From positions 1,088,001-1,152,000 of the forward strand of contig CAVOKF010000004.1 in NCBI GenBank assembly GCA_963696385.1: a stretch of DNA of 64,000 nucleotides, given 5' to 3'. This document shows, in pieces, positions 21,587-31,829 of the stretch; the first letter of the stretch is position 1; each line of letters begins with the position of its first letter. The DNA is from an uncultured delta proteobacterium (GTDB lineage Bacteria; Myxococcota_A; Polyangia; Polyangiales; Polyangiaceae). A model generated the notes under the pieces. The model had not been told where the DNA came from and searched no databases. It was given only the letters and a program-made list of their open reading frames with translations. The translations under genes and the position numbers were made by a program.

Positions 21587-22672
21587 TCAGCCATTCGCCT
21601 CGGGAATCTTGAAACCGACGTAAGTGCCGCCACTGACGCCCATGAGCGCAAGCAGCGTGTCGCTGAATTGCGGCATGGAGAGGTCGCGCCATACGTCTAC
21701 GATGAACAGCGTGGCGAGGATCGCCGTCCAGACCAGGATTTGCATTCGGTGAAGGGTCGGGCCATTGTCGTCGTTGAGAAGGTCCGCAAGAAAAGTGCTG
21801 TGCGAATATCGGAGCTTTTTGACTCGCTCACCGACAGGCGTAATCGCCCCGATTCCTTGCTCTTCGGGACGTGCTTGTGCGGCTGGCGGAGTCTTCGTGA
21901 GATTCTCCGCGAGAGCGGAGTCCTGCGCAGAGCCGACGAGCTTCGCCCCCATCGCGGTCGCCGCGGCTATGCCCATGAGGGCGAGGCACTGGGGCGTCAC
22001 CGTGTCGGCCGACCCCGTCACCGTCCAGATAAGCAAAAAGGAGCAGACGACGAGCGCGGTCCACACAAACATCTGGAGCCGCCCGAGACTGAGGGATGTC
22101 CTCGGCCCCGCATCGAGGAGCATTCCCGCCTTGATCCCGAACCAGGAAGCAATTCCAAAAAAGAAAAGCAAAAAAATGCTGAGGACTCTCGCCAACCACG
22201 AGCTGCTGAAGTGGAGACGGATCGGATCGGGCGCACTCACGGTGGCCCCGTCGGGAGAGCCCGCGGCGATCGTGACGGCACGGTTCGACAGGACGGGGCC
22301 TAGGAGCCGACGCCAGGCGGCGTCATTCTCCGACGTCCTGTTGAGGGCAAAGAGAAACGTGTGCTCTTGGTCGAGCGCGCGACGAACGCTGATGCCTTTA
22401 ATCTCGTTGTTGTCGAGGAAGATTGCGAGCGGCTGCGGGGGTGGAGATGAAAAAGTGACCGCGAGGTCGTCGCCCAGACGGACGTCGACCGTCATCGGGT
22501 TGTCGTTGACCGCGGTCTGATTGATCGCGAGAATCCTCAGCGCAGGGGGTAAAACGGCAACGGCGCCCGCCCCCTGGGACTGGGCGAACGCAGATCTTGC
22601 GATAACGAAGGACAAGCTGCACGAGAGCACCCATACCCACCCGACTCGCGCATAGGTTTTGCCAATCCGCAT
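21587..22672 (-). CDS. Hypothetical membrane protein with internally duplicated TM module
   Basis: Signal peptide; SLGRLQMFVWT...LALMGIAAAT repeated as TLHRMQILVWT...LALMGVSGGT. Confidence 0.8.
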   Translation of the reverse strand: MRIGKTYARVGWVWVLSCSLSFVIARSAFAQSQGAGAVAVLPPALRILAINQTAVNDNPMTVDVRLGDDLAVTFSSPPPQPLAIFLDNNEIKGISVRRALDQEHTFLFALNRTSENDAAWRRLLGPVLSNRAVTIAAGSPDGATVSAPDPIRLHFSSSWLARVLSIFLLFFFGIASWFGIKAGMLLDAGPRTSLSLGRLQMFVWTALVVCSFLLIWTVTGSADTVTPQCLALMGIAAATAMGAKLVGSAQDSALAENLTKTPPAAQARPEEQGIGAITPVGERVKKLRYSHSTFLADLLNDDNGPTLHRMQILVWTAILATLFIVDVWRDLSMPQFSDTLLALMGVSGGTYVGFKIPEANG

Positions 22673-22947
22673 TCGTCGCCCCTTCTACCGGCCTCTCAAG
22701 GTCGTCTTGCGACTACCAACGCCACTGGCCGCATAGCCGGTGTTCCCTCGGTAGGTCCATTTCACGCGATTGCATGCCCGTACGACGCGATTCAATGCGC
22801 AGCCCTCTTGTTGCGGCTGCCCGATGTCATCGGTGCGCCGAATACGCAGGGAGCCGATCGAAGACGAGCTTTTCGACGAAGTGGGAGAGGCCGTACAATG
22901 GCTCATTCGGAAAGAGAAGCCGCGGCAACCAACCGCATATGTTTCCG

Positions 22948-23688
22948 TCACGCGTTGGGCTGAGCGACCGGCGGAGGAATCAGAAATGCCAGCAGGTCGT
23001 TCTGCGCGTTGATTGCGGGGTTGACCAGGCTGCGATCAATACTCGCGCCATCTCGCGGAAACATGTATTGCCATAGAAGAACGGGTGCGCCCAGATCCGG
23101 TTTTGGAGCGACGAGCGCGTTATTCCAAGCCACAGGCTCTGCCTCGGTCAGGAGAGGGTGCGACATCCAAAGCCCGCTGCAAGGCACTCCGTGGGCCAGA
23201 GCCCGCGCCAATGCCGTCCAGGTCGCCGCGTCGCCCGGAAGACCGTAGACACATGGCAATAAGTCAACGTTCTTGCTTGCTTGGGCCAGACCGTCGACCC
23301 AACCGGTATAGTAATCTGTCGAAAGGCGTGACTGGCCGCTCCCCTCGACGTCGAGAAAGATGAAAAATTTGCCGCCTTGGTCCACAAGGTAACTCTCGCC
23401 AAACGTGTCGATCACGTCAGACGCATTGGCTAGTCCGTCGCGTTGACCGGCCGCAACTCCGCCGCCCACGTTGTTCGTCTGGCGTGCAATGGGCAAGACC
23501 CGTATGTTGTGAGCCGCCAAAACTGCGTCTTCGACGCGATGGCGGTACTCGACATCCCCGACGGTCTGGGGCGTCGAGAAGTACCTACCCCAAAATGCTG
23601 GGGCCACCCCGAGGACAGCCGTAGCGGATGTGATGAGGGCCTCGGTAACCGGGTATGCCGTGTCGGCACCCACCGTTCGATCGGGCAT
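22948..23688 (-). CDS. DUF1906 (GH25-like) putative peptidoglycan hydrolase
   Basis: GADT, FWGRY, IFLDVE, PCVYG, LWQY motifs. Confidence 0.75.
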   Translation of the reverse strand: MPDRTVGADTAYPVTEALITSATAVLGVAPAFWGRYFSTPQTVGDVEYRHRVEDAVLAAHNIRVLPIARQTNNVGGGVAAGQRDGLANASDVIDTFGESYLVDQGGKFFIFLDVEGSGQSRLSTDYYTGWVDGLAQASKNVDLLPCVYGLPGDAATWTALARALAHGVPCSGLWMSHPLLTEAEPVAWNNALVAPKPDLGAPVLLWQYMFPRDGASIDRSLVNPAINAQNDLLAFLIPPPVAQPNA

Positions 23689-23969
23689 AGCGTTTTGCCT
23701 CCCCGCTCATTGCAAAGCATTCGGTCGCGCCGTTGTCAACGCCTGCTGCGACGCGTGGTCGCGGCATCCGGCAGTGGCTCGGCCTCTGGCCGGGGGGGCA
23801 GCCCACTTTTCTGCTTCCCGGATGGCCTAGTTTCGGACCGCCGCGGTTTGTTTGTGCGGGCTTCTGGTGGCTGCGCCTGTCGACTGAACGACTGTCGGCG
23901 GTGGAATACGGCCTCCGGCACTGCAACGCGCGTGCAATTGCCTGCAATCGACCTGAGTGACGAGTATCA

Positions 23970-24069
23970 CTAGTACCCCGATTCCATGAAACGGAGGGGT
24001 GAGACCACCCGATCCCGTCGGGAATATCGCGGAAAACGACCCTTCCATTCCGCGGAATCGAGGTACTAG
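23970..24069. mobile_element. 100-bp MITE copy 1 (IS630-related), CTAG at both ends
   Basis: Terminal IR CTAGTACCCCGATTCC / GGAATCGAGGTACTAG; same sequence at 29866 and 37625. Confidence 0.9.
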
Positions 24070-24096
24070 ATTCCGCAGAGAAGCGGGAGTGAAACC

Positions 24097-24288
24097 AAGC
24101 CAAGGGCCAACCCGTCATCTCGCTGGATACGAAGAAAAAGGACCTGATCGGCGACTTTCACAACGAGGGCCAGGAGTGGCAGCGTGCGGGGTCGCCCGAG
24201 CCGGTGCGCGTTCACGACTTCATCGATCCCGAGCTCGGCAAGGCGATTCCCTATGGGGTGTACGACGTGGCCCGCAACGAAGGCTGGG
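24097..24288 (+). pseudogene. ISAzo13-family transposase fragment
   Basis: GQPVISLDTKKKDLIGDF...VRVHDFIDPELGKAIPYGVYD. Confidence 0.9.
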
Positions 24289-24293
24289 CGCCC

Positions 24294-24426
24294 TACCGGG
24301 TTCTCCGGGGCGGCTACTTCTACTACACCGCGGCGTCCTTGCTTCCCCCGTACCGCAGCTACAGCTTCCCCTCGTACCGCTACTTGCTACTAGCCCATCG
24401 GCTTTCGTTGCGCCAGGACGCCGTGA
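24294..24426 (+). pseudogene. C-terminal fragment of FGE-sulfatase/CLec-fold gene resembling a DGR variable region
   Basis: YRVLRGGYFYYTAASLLPPYRSYSFPSYRY, then (shifted frame) IGFRCARTP-stop. Confidence 0.7.
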
Positions 24427-24613
24427 TGACACGTTGTGCCGCGTTCTTCGACTGACGGTTAGCGGTGTCTCTGGCGCCTACGGCCGCTTCACGAAGCGTC
24501 ATGGCGGACCCCCTGGAGTAGGTCACGCAGTCGCCTGGCCCGTAGACCCAAGCCGTGATCCACAGCGCCATCTCCATCAGCGAGCCTGACGGGGACCCGC
24601 TTGTTGGCTCGGA

Positions 24614-24943
24614 TCAGACAACCGCGTCTTTGATGGCCTTCACCGGCCTGGCGCGAACGCCCTTGCTGGCGGGCTTCGCGGCGAACTTCTGCTTCTCTTT
24701 CGTGAACGGGTTGATGCCTTCCCGTGCGGGTCGGGCGGGCTTCTTGACCACCACGAACTTGGCGAATCCGGGCAGCACGAAGATGCCGGTTTTCTTGAGT
24801 TCCCGGTGACCCACTTCGACGAGCGTTTCGATCACCTGCTTGACCTGCTTGCGCGAGATTTCCTCGCCGCCCGCCTCTGTCACGGCTTGCAGGATTGCGC
24901 TTTTCGAAAGGGGTTTCTTCGCCGCGGTCGTCGCTTTGGCCAT
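24614..24943 (-). CDS. HU-family DNA-binding protein
   Basis: FVLPGFAKF..KKPARPAREGINPFT. Confidence 0.95.
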   Translation of the reverse strand: MAKATTAAKKPLSKSAILQAVTEAGGEEISRKQVKQVIETLVEVGHRELKKTGIFVLPGFAKFVVVKKPARPAREGINPFTKEKQKFAAKPASKGVRARPVKAIKDAVV

Positions 24944-25706
24944 GGTTCGGGTCTCCTGAGCTGCGTAGAAAGCGCCTTCGCGGTTTTCTCGTCAACACAA
25001 ACACCGAAAAAAAGCGCCGTTTTCCCCTTCGGCGGTCATTTCGCACGCCACAAGATCGGGCCCATTCGCGACGGGTGCTCGCGCCGCGTCAACCGGCGCC
25101 GCTCGAACGGAGCGGCCTTTGACACCTCTCGGACGAGCCTTACAGTGTGGGACGAGGCTGGCGGGGACGATGCGCGTCCCCCCCTGCGCCGGTCCTGCCG
25201 GCCTCGCCTTTTTTGTTACGGCATCGGTGACGAGGCGCTTTTCGAAGGGGCCGACGCGGACCGGACGAGATACTCGAGCCACGGGGCGAGGGTCAAAGCC
25301 GAGCGCCCCTTGGCGAGAATCTCGACGCCTCCGTCTTTGACCCGATGGTGCTGGTAGTGCGCGCGGGCGTTGCCCATGAAGCGCATCAGATCATCGGCGT
25401 CGGGGCGGGATACGGGGAAAATCTCGCGGTACTCATCCATCCGCGGTCGAAGACTGGGCGGGCACCACGATGCGGGGCCGAAATACATCCGCCAGGTATC
25501 GCCGTGCTCGCGGGCAATGAGCACGTCGAGAAAGGGCAATCGCTCGACCATGGGGCCGAAGGATACCATCGGCGCCAGGTGGCCAAAAGGCTCGGCCGGG
25601 GTCCATTCGTTCGACGGCGACGTGCGGCGGGGTCGAGCGGTGCGCGCGTCCCGACGGCTCGGGCGCCGCGTTCGCCGGTCCCCCGCGCCGCGGTGCGATC
25701 CCGGGT

Positions 25707-26143
25707 TCATTCGCGCCGACGACCTCGGTCCCAGGGACCGAGTCGCTTGTCCATCAGAACCAGTCCCGTCCGAAGCGGTCCTCCGTCAACGTTGCGGCCA
25801 GCATGAAGCCATGCCGCTCGTAGAACGGCCGCGCTTGGTAATCGGCCGTTTCGAGTCGCAGCTTGTGACATCCGAGAGCCGCGCACCGCCGCTCGAACTC
25901 CTCGAGCAACTGCGAGCCGACTCGCGTGCGTGCGTGGTCGATCTTCACGAGCAGTTGGTTGAGCTCTCCCACTCCGCCGATCGCGACGCCGCACGCAACC
26001 CCCACGGGGATTCCACGCGTGGCGACGAGCACAATCTCTCGCCGCGACCACGCGATGCCGATCGGCGCATCGTGAGGCGGCCATTCCACGTTCATGAACT
26101 CGGCAGCGGCGGTCGCCGTCCAATCGGAGATCTGAAGATCCAA
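25707..26143 (-). CDS. GNAT N-acetyltransferase (probable frameshift near 25760)
   Basis: RVGSQLL, LETADYQARPFYERHGF. Confidence 0.85.
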
Positions 26144-26235
26144 GCGAGAGCCACGCTAGCGCCGCCCCGCGGCCGCGTCCGCCTCGCCGTACCATTGGAT
26201 CTTGACCGCGCGCGGCGCGGGCGACAGGATGGCCC

Positions 26236-26523
26236 GTGTCCACTTTGCCGCCGCGCGCGATCGACCCAGGCGCGCAACTTTCGTTGCATCGGGCCGACGA
26301 GGCGGTCATGCCCATCCACGACTCCGCATTCCGCTTGGCGGTCGACCTGCTTCGCGGCACCGTCCTCGAGTTTACGGACGGACTTCGGCGTCACTGGAAG
26401 GCCGATCGCAACGGCCTCTACTGGCGCACGGACGGGAAAGCTGCACCCATCCTGGAAGGATGTGCCGCCGACGTTGCCATCGAGGTGCTCAAGCGGTGGC
26501 CCGAGCGGATAGAGGGCAAGTAG
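26236..26523 (+). CDS. Hypothetical protein
   Basis: Compact protein-like ORF. Confidence 0.4.
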   Translation: MSTLPPRAIDPGAQLSLHRADEAVMPIHDSAFRLAVDLLRGTVLEFTDGLRRHWKADRNGLYWRTDGKAAPILEGCAADVAIEVLKRWPERIEGK

Positions 26524-26696
26524 CCCGATCCCGTTGTTATTCCGCGTTCAGAACCGTCAGAGCCGATACACCTCGTCGGCCGCACCGTACGCTGCGTGGT
26601 CTTTGACGGGTACGCGTGCGAAGGGGGCGAAGCCGAGACCCGTGAGCACCTGTCGGCGGGCCTTTGACGTTAGTTAGCGTAGGTGCGTCAGTTCTC

Positions 26697-27290
26697 CTAC
26701 CTCCAGCGGGTCAGCGGCGTATCGCCGCGAACGTAAAGGGGATGCCGTGGTTTCTTACCCTTGGTTGTGCCAAGGCACCAGATCGCTCGGTCTGCAAAAA
26801 CGGCGTCGACTGCCCCGGCGCGGTGCCTATAGAGTCCGCGTGCGCCCCACGCCGCGACCACCGTAGTTGCGCGCTGGACCGCGCTCGCCAAGTGCTGGTC
26901 GTTCAAGGGCCCGATCGGGTCCCGAGCGATCTCGAGGCGACGAGGATCGTGCGTTCGGAGTGCGAACAGGTTGCACACCTCGAGCCGACCGAAACCCCAG
27001 CTTCGCCCGAAGGCCATACAGCGTCTCAAGGTCGGGTCGTCGATCGCGGCGTCCGCCCTGCTCGGATTGAGCATAACAAATAGGATCGTTCCGCTCGCCG
27101 AGGCGCTCAGGGTTCGCCAGAGGAGATATCGATAGGCCCCTTTGATGACGGCGCCGTGCCCGGCTGGTCCCGCGGGGACCGAATGTGTATCGGTGCGTCG
27201 CTGTGTCGTAAAGACGGGGTCGAGACCTGAAACCGTAAGCGGGGCGCGAGGAGAGACGGCGGACTTGGCAACTGGGGTCGGCCTCCTCAC
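26697..27290 (-). CDS. DUF1643 domain protein
   Basis: YRYLLWR, FVMLNPSRAD..DDPT, NLFALR, PRHPLY. Confidence 0.9.
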   Translation of the reverse strand: MRRPTPVAKSAVSPRAPLTVSGLDPVFTTQRRTDTHSVPAGPAGHGAVIKGAYRYLLWRTLSASASGTILFVMLNPSRADAAIDDPTLRRCMAFGRSWGFGRLEVCNLFALRTHDPRRLEIARDPIGPLNDQHLASAVQRATTVVAAWGARGLYRHRAGAVDAVFADRAIWCLGTTKGKKPRHPLYVRGDTPLTRWR

Positions 27291-27965
27291 GATCGGGGCA
27301 GCCTAGCGCCACGGCGAAAGCGCGAGAGGGCGTTGACCCCGCACCCGCCGCCGACGTCCTCGGCACAAACTCCGAGGCGAAGCTGCCGCGCATTTGGACG
27401 CACACCTCGCTCGGCTTGCGACGCGGCACGGCGTCAGGCGGCTGGGCGTTGGTGAGAAGTACCGTACCGGCGGGGTACTCGAGGAGATTCGCCGAAGACG
27501 GTGTCCGTATCGGTGCGCCCCTTGGCCCGAACGAGGGCACACGTCGCCCCAAGGCTCGAAGTCAGCCACGTCGGTCTTTTTGAGGAGGTTCCCGTCCATC
27601 CGCTTCTTGTCGAAGTGGATGGTGATGACCGTGCGCCGCCCGGCGGTCTCCGCCACGGACGCAGTTTCATCGCTCTTGATCCCCTAACGCGCCGCGTCTG
27701 ACGCAGGGGGGGCAGGAATTGCTGACCACCTGGTGAATCATCACCAGGGTAATCTCTGACCCGATCGGGGCATAATAGTTAGTTATTTCCATTACTTCAT
27801 TAGTGCTCGAGGATCCGGCACACGGCTGGCGCGCGGGTTGCCATAGAGGGTTTCCATGATCCAACGCCTCCGGTCCTTAACCCCGCAGGTCACGGAGATC
27901 GTCCTGCGGCTATCCGTGCAGGATGCATGAACGGCCCCACGCAACTACGTGCGTGGAAGACTGGA

Positions 27966-28147
27966 AGTGGCGGGATCGACGGCCGACCACCTTCGGCGTA
28001 CATCGCGTCGAACACCGGCGACAGCTTCGCCAAGGCCTCGTCGGCAAGCTTCTTGATCGCCCCCAACGGGTGCGCCTGCGGCACCTGCGTCTCGGCGGGC
28101 GACATCAGCATCAACATCGACGACTGCTTCTTGTCCTCGCCTCGCAT
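27966..28147 (-). pseudogene. IS5/IS1182-type (DUF772) transposase N-terminal fragment
   Basis: MRGED..QSSM...VPQAHPL..IK...FDAMYAEGGRPSIPP. Confidence 0.85.
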
Positions 28148-28271
28148 CGTGAGCCGCAACGTAAGTTCCCTGCGGCAGATCTCGATCCCCTGCTCGTTTC
28201 TTTTCTTTCTCTCGCCACCATGGCGGGCGAGTGCCTCCAGTGCCGAGGGCGGTGACGGCCATCGACGGGGT

Positions 28272-29000
28272 ATGGTCTTTCACAAGATCATGTCATCCCC
28301 CAAGCGTCTCGCGAGGATCGCCGGTGTCCTCTACCTGTTCGTCGGCATCTTCGGCGGCTTCGCAGAGGGGTTCGTGGACCCCAAGATGTACGTCGCGGGC
28401 AACGCGACGGCCACGGCGGGGAACGTCGTTGCGAGCCCGGGACTCGTCCGCATGAGCGTCGTCGCTCATCTGCTCGACGGGACGTTCTTCGTGTTCCTGG
28501 CGATGGCGCTCTACGTCCTGCTTGAGCACGTCAACAAGAACGTGGCGAGGGCGATGCTGGTCCTGGTCGCGCTCGCCACCGGCATCATCTGCCTCAATGC
28601 GGTCTTCCAGTTCGAGGGCTTGCGGGTCGCAACCGACAGCTCCTACGCGACCGCCTTTGGCACGGCGGGATCGAACGCCCTGGTGCTGCTCTTGCTCGAC
28701 ACCCAGCACTACGGCACGCTCAGCGCGCAGGTCTTCTTTGGCCTATGGCTCGTTCCGATAGGGTATCTCGCCTATAGATCGGCGCTGTTCCCAAGGTGGC
28801 TTGGCGCTCTGCTCATCGTGGGGGGCGTCTGCTACCTCGTGGACCTGCTCGCGGCGTTCCTGGTCCCCGCCTTCGGCCAGCAGATTCACGCCTTCGTGGT
28901 CATCCCGTGCGCAGTCGCCGAGATCTCGATGGTCGTGTACCTGCTCGTGGTTGGCGTGAAGACCGTGAAGCCAGACAAGCAAATCCCTGCCGCGACGTGA
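28272..29000 (+). CDS. DUF4386 family membrane protein
   Basis: LARIAGVLYL, FFGLWL..GYL.YRS.LFPRWLG. Confidence 0.85.
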   Translation: MVFHKIMSSPKRLARIAGVLYLFVGIFGGFAEGFVDPKMYVAGNATATAGNVVASPGLVRMSVVAHLLDGTFFVFLAMALYVLLEHVNKNVARAMLVLVALATGIICLNAVFQFEGLRVATDSSYATAFGTAGSNALVLLLLDTQHYGTLSAQVFFGLWLVPIGYLAYRSALFPRWLGALLIVGGVCYLVDLLAAFLVPAFGQQIHAFVVIPCAVAEISMVVYLLVVGVKTVKPDKQIPAAT

Positions 29001-29011
29001 ACGCAGGAGGC

Positions 29012-29030
29012 TTTTTCAGCAGCCTGCTAG
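29012..29030 (-). repeat. IS5/IS1182-type terminal inverted repeat with CTAG
   Basis: TTTTTCAGCAGCCTGCTAG, a typical end for this group. Confidence 0.6.
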
Positions 29031-29040
29031 AAGCTAGAAG

Positions 29041-29256
29041 CTACAGGTCCTGCTGCTGGAGTCCGGTTTGCTTCGCAATCTTCGCCAGCATCACCGCCCC
29101 GATCTCATCGCCGCCGTGAAAGGCAAACGTAACCGGCGGCCAACCCGGACGCGCCAGTCGCCGATATGATCCCCGCTGCCGCGCCACCGTCCACCCAATC
29201 GGGAGCAACGCGGCGAGAACCCGGTCCGCACGCGTTGCCGGCCACTCGGCGCCCAA
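29041..29256 (-). CDS. hicA: HicA-family toxin
   Basis: GWTVARQRGSYRRL...FAFHGGDEIG..MLAKIAKQTGL (GSH replaced by GSY). Confidence 0.85.
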   Translation of the reverse strand: MGAEWPATRADRVLAALLPIGWTVARQRGSYRRLARPGWPPVTFAFHGGDEIGAVMLAKIAKQTGLQQQDL

Positions 29257-29257
29257 G

Positions 29258-29476
29258 TCAGGCGGCCTCGCGCGTGTCGACTGTCATGCTCAAGAGCGTC
29301 TTGGCGTCGCGCTCTCCGTGTTCGACTTCATCAGCGAGCACGTTGTATGCGAGCGAGAGAGCCTTCGCCAGGGCTTGGTCGCGGCTCTCCCCGTAGACAT
29401 GCACGCCAGCCAGCTCCGGGACGCTGGCGATCCAGCGGCCATCGGTCTCGCGGTCGAATTCGACGGTCAACTTCAC
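29258..29476 (-). CDS. hicB: HicB-family antitoxin (short form)
   Basis: REtDGRWIASVPELAGVHVYG.SRDQA. Confidence 0.9.
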   Translation of the reverse strand: MKLTVEFDRETDGRWIASVPELAGVHVYGESRDQALAKALSLAYNVLADEVEHGERDAKTLLSMTVDTREAA

Positions 29477-29865
29477 GACCCAATCCTAGCGCGATCGCTG
29501 TGGAAGCGCGACAGCGCGAAGCACGAGTCGACTCGGGTGCACCAACTCGATCCGGTCGTTTCAACGACGGTCCTCGCTATCGAGTGCGTCGGCCCACGCG
29601 TCGAGGCCGTCGCTGGCAAGCGTGTCATCCTCGGCGCCGCCGACCGCAAGGCGCTTCAGGTCCCAGCGTGCGGGGTCGGGGCTCCAAGCTCGGGATCCCC
29701 CGCTCACGAAGAAAAGGAAGAGAGCCCTGGCTCAAGGACTTGACGGTCGTTCCATATCAGGGGCGTTCGCTGTCGCTGAAATGGCAAATCGAATTGAGCG
29801 CGCCCGTCAGCAGTGATGGTCGGGAAGAGGTGAGCGCCGACACGCGCGAAGTCGACGTGATGGCA

Positions 29866-29965
29866 CTAGTACCCCGATTCCATGAAACGGAGGGGTGAGA
29901 CCACCCGATCCCGTCGGGAATATCGCGGAAAACGACCCTTCCATTCCGCGGAATCGAGGTACTAG
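29866..29965. mobile_element. 100-bp MITE copy 2
   Basis: Same sequence as copy 1; CTAG at both ends. Confidence 0.9.
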
Positions 29966-30095
29966 TTGATGTCGCCGGCACCGTTTTGGCCGCCGGGCGC
30001 GGTCGACGGACCAAGTCGATTCGCCGCTGCAGTAACAACAGATGCCCCAAAGGGATCTTACTTTAGGCTGGGCCAGTGGTTGTAGATGCTGGAGG

Positions 30096-30495
30096 TCAGG
30101 CGCCCGCCGATCGCTCGATGAGGTCGAATCGGTTGCCGTAGAGATCCTCGAAGACGGCCACGGTGCCGTACGCCTCCTTCGTCGGCGGGCGCACGAACGT
30201 CACGCCTCGCGCGACGAGGTCGCGGTAGTCCCGCCAGAACTGATCCGTCTCAAAGAAGATGAAGACTCGGCCACCGGTCTGGTTTCCCACGCGGGTGATC
30301 TGCTCTGCCGAGACGGCCCGCGCGAGCAAAATGCCCGCACCTGTCGATCCCAGCGGACCCACGCGGACCCACCGTTTGCCGCCCCCGAGGTCCGTGTCTT
30401 CGAGTCGCTCGAAGCCGAGCTTGTCGACGTAGAACGCGAGGGCTTCGTCGTAATCGCGAACGACCACCGAGAATTGCGCGACGTGCTGGGGTATG
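30096..30495 (-). CDS. VOC/glyoxalase family protein (start uncertain)
   Basis: VRDYDEALAFY, GNQTGGRVF, FEDLYGNRFDL. Confidence 0.9.
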
Positions 30496-30514
30496 GCGTT
30501 GCTGCTTGGATCGG

Positions 30515-30965
30515 TCACCCGCGCCGGGCTGCCTCGATGGTCGCAATGTCGATCTTCCTCATCGACATCATCGCCGCGAAGGCACGCTTCGCCTCCGCGC
30601 CGCCCGCTGCCAGGGCTTCCATCAGCGTACCAGGCGTGATCTGCCAAGAGAGCCCCCACCGGTCCTTGCACCAACCACAGGCGCTCTCCTGCCCGCCGTT
30701 GCCGACGATCGCGTTCCAGTAGCGGTCCGTCTCCTTCTGATCTTCGGTGGAGACCTGGAAGGAGAAAGCCTCGCTGTGCTTGAACTGCGGGCCGCCGTTG
30801 AGACCGAGACACGGGATCCCCAGGACGGTGAACTCCACGGTCAGCACGTCGCCTTCCTTGCCTCCCGGATACTCACCCGGTGCCCTGCGAACCGCGCGCA
30901 CTTCGCTGTTGGGGAACGTGGCGGCATAGAAGCGTGCCGCCTCTTCGGCGTCCTTGTCGAACTCC
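30515..30965 (-). pseudogene. PhnB-like VOC protein (3-dmu-9_3-mt family) with N-terminus lost
   Basis: FDKDAEEAARFY, LNGGPQF, CGWCKDRWGLSWQI; no start codon region after the SRPBCC stop. Confidence 0.8.
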
Positions 30966-30972
30966 CTCTCCG

Positions 30973-31464
30973 CTAGGCGGCCTCGCGCAGCGTCTTCTCG
31001 AGCTGGGCGAGCAACCCTCGCCAACCGTCTTCGCGGAGCTTCGCGCCGTCGGAGCGTTCGAAGAAGGCCGCTTGCTCAGTGAAGAGCAGGCGCGTCCCTC
31101 CGTCCGCAGCGGACAGCTCCACCGTGGCCAGCGACGTCGACATGCGGTAGTCGCCAATGAGCATGGAGTACGCGAAGACGATGCGCCGGTTAGGCACGAT
31201 GTCGAGGTAGACGGTGTCGTTGCCCATCTTCGTGCCGGCGGGCGGTGCTCCCGCGGGACCACCGGCGAACGTAAAGCGGCTCTTTTCGCGACCGCCGACG
31301 CGAAAGTCGGCGGTGTACTCCTCGGAGGTAAATCCCTTCCCATCCATGAACCACCGACGCTTGAGCGCTGGGTCAGCGAAGGCCGCGAAGACACGCGCAG
31401 GCGGAGCGGGGTAGGTGCGTTCGATGGCGAAGGTGCTGTGCACGACGTGCTGTTCGTCTTTCAT
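30973..31464 (-). CDS. SRPBCC (AHSA1-like) family protein
   Basis: TFAIERTYPAPPARVFAAF, DIVPNRRIVF. Confidence 0.9.
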   Translation of the reverse strand: MKDEQHVVHSTFAIERTYPAPPARVFAAFADPALKRRWFMDGKGFTSEEYTADFRVGGREKSRFTFAGGPAGAPPAGTKMGNDTVYLDIVPNRRIVFAYSMLIGDYRMSTSLATVELSAADGGTRLLFTEQAAFFERSDGAKLREDGWRGLLAQLEKTLREAA

Positions 31465-31829
31465 GGCTTCGTCCTCTTCTTGGGGTTGGGTGCTGACCGT
31501 TTCGAGTTGTCGTCTTCCGCGAGCAGCTCGCCTAGGCGGTCGAGCCGGCGCTCCCAAAGCGTGCGGCGCTCCGCGATCCAGCGTTCCGCGAGCTTCAAAC
31601 CGTCGGGCTCCAGGCGACAGGTCCGAACGCGACCAACCTTCTTGCTTCGCACGACCCCGCTCTCTTCGAGGACTTGGAGATGCTGGACGATCGCAGCCAG
31701 GGTCACGTCGAACGGCTGCGCCAGATCGCTGACGGACATGGGTCCCGCGCTGAGACGCTCCACAAGCGCCCTCCGCATGGGCTCGGCGAGCGCATGGAAG
31801 ACGCGGCCGACCGCGGCATGGTTTAGCAT
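31461..31829 (-). CDS. ArsR/SmtB family regulator
   Basis: FHALAEPMRR, QHLQVLEESGVV..K.GRVR. Confidence 0.9.
   Translation of the reverse strand: MLNHAAVGRVFHALAEPMRRALVERLSAGPMSVSDLAQPFDVTLAAIVQHLQVLEESGVVRSKKVGRVRTCRLEPDGLKLAERWIAERRTLWERRLDRLGELLAEDDNSKRSAPNPKKRTKP

Noticed and set aside
24070..24460. Complete DGR
   Set aside because: No reverse transcriptase, accessory gene or template repeat in the window.
26683..27706. 8-bp inverted repeat TGCGTCAG/CTGACGCA around the DUF1643 gene
   Set aside because: Too short to exceed chance in GC-rich DNA; no TSD.
27681..27784. Possible attC site (CCCTAAC...GTTAGTT)
   Set aside because: The end boxes are not complementary and there is no extended pairing or cassette array.
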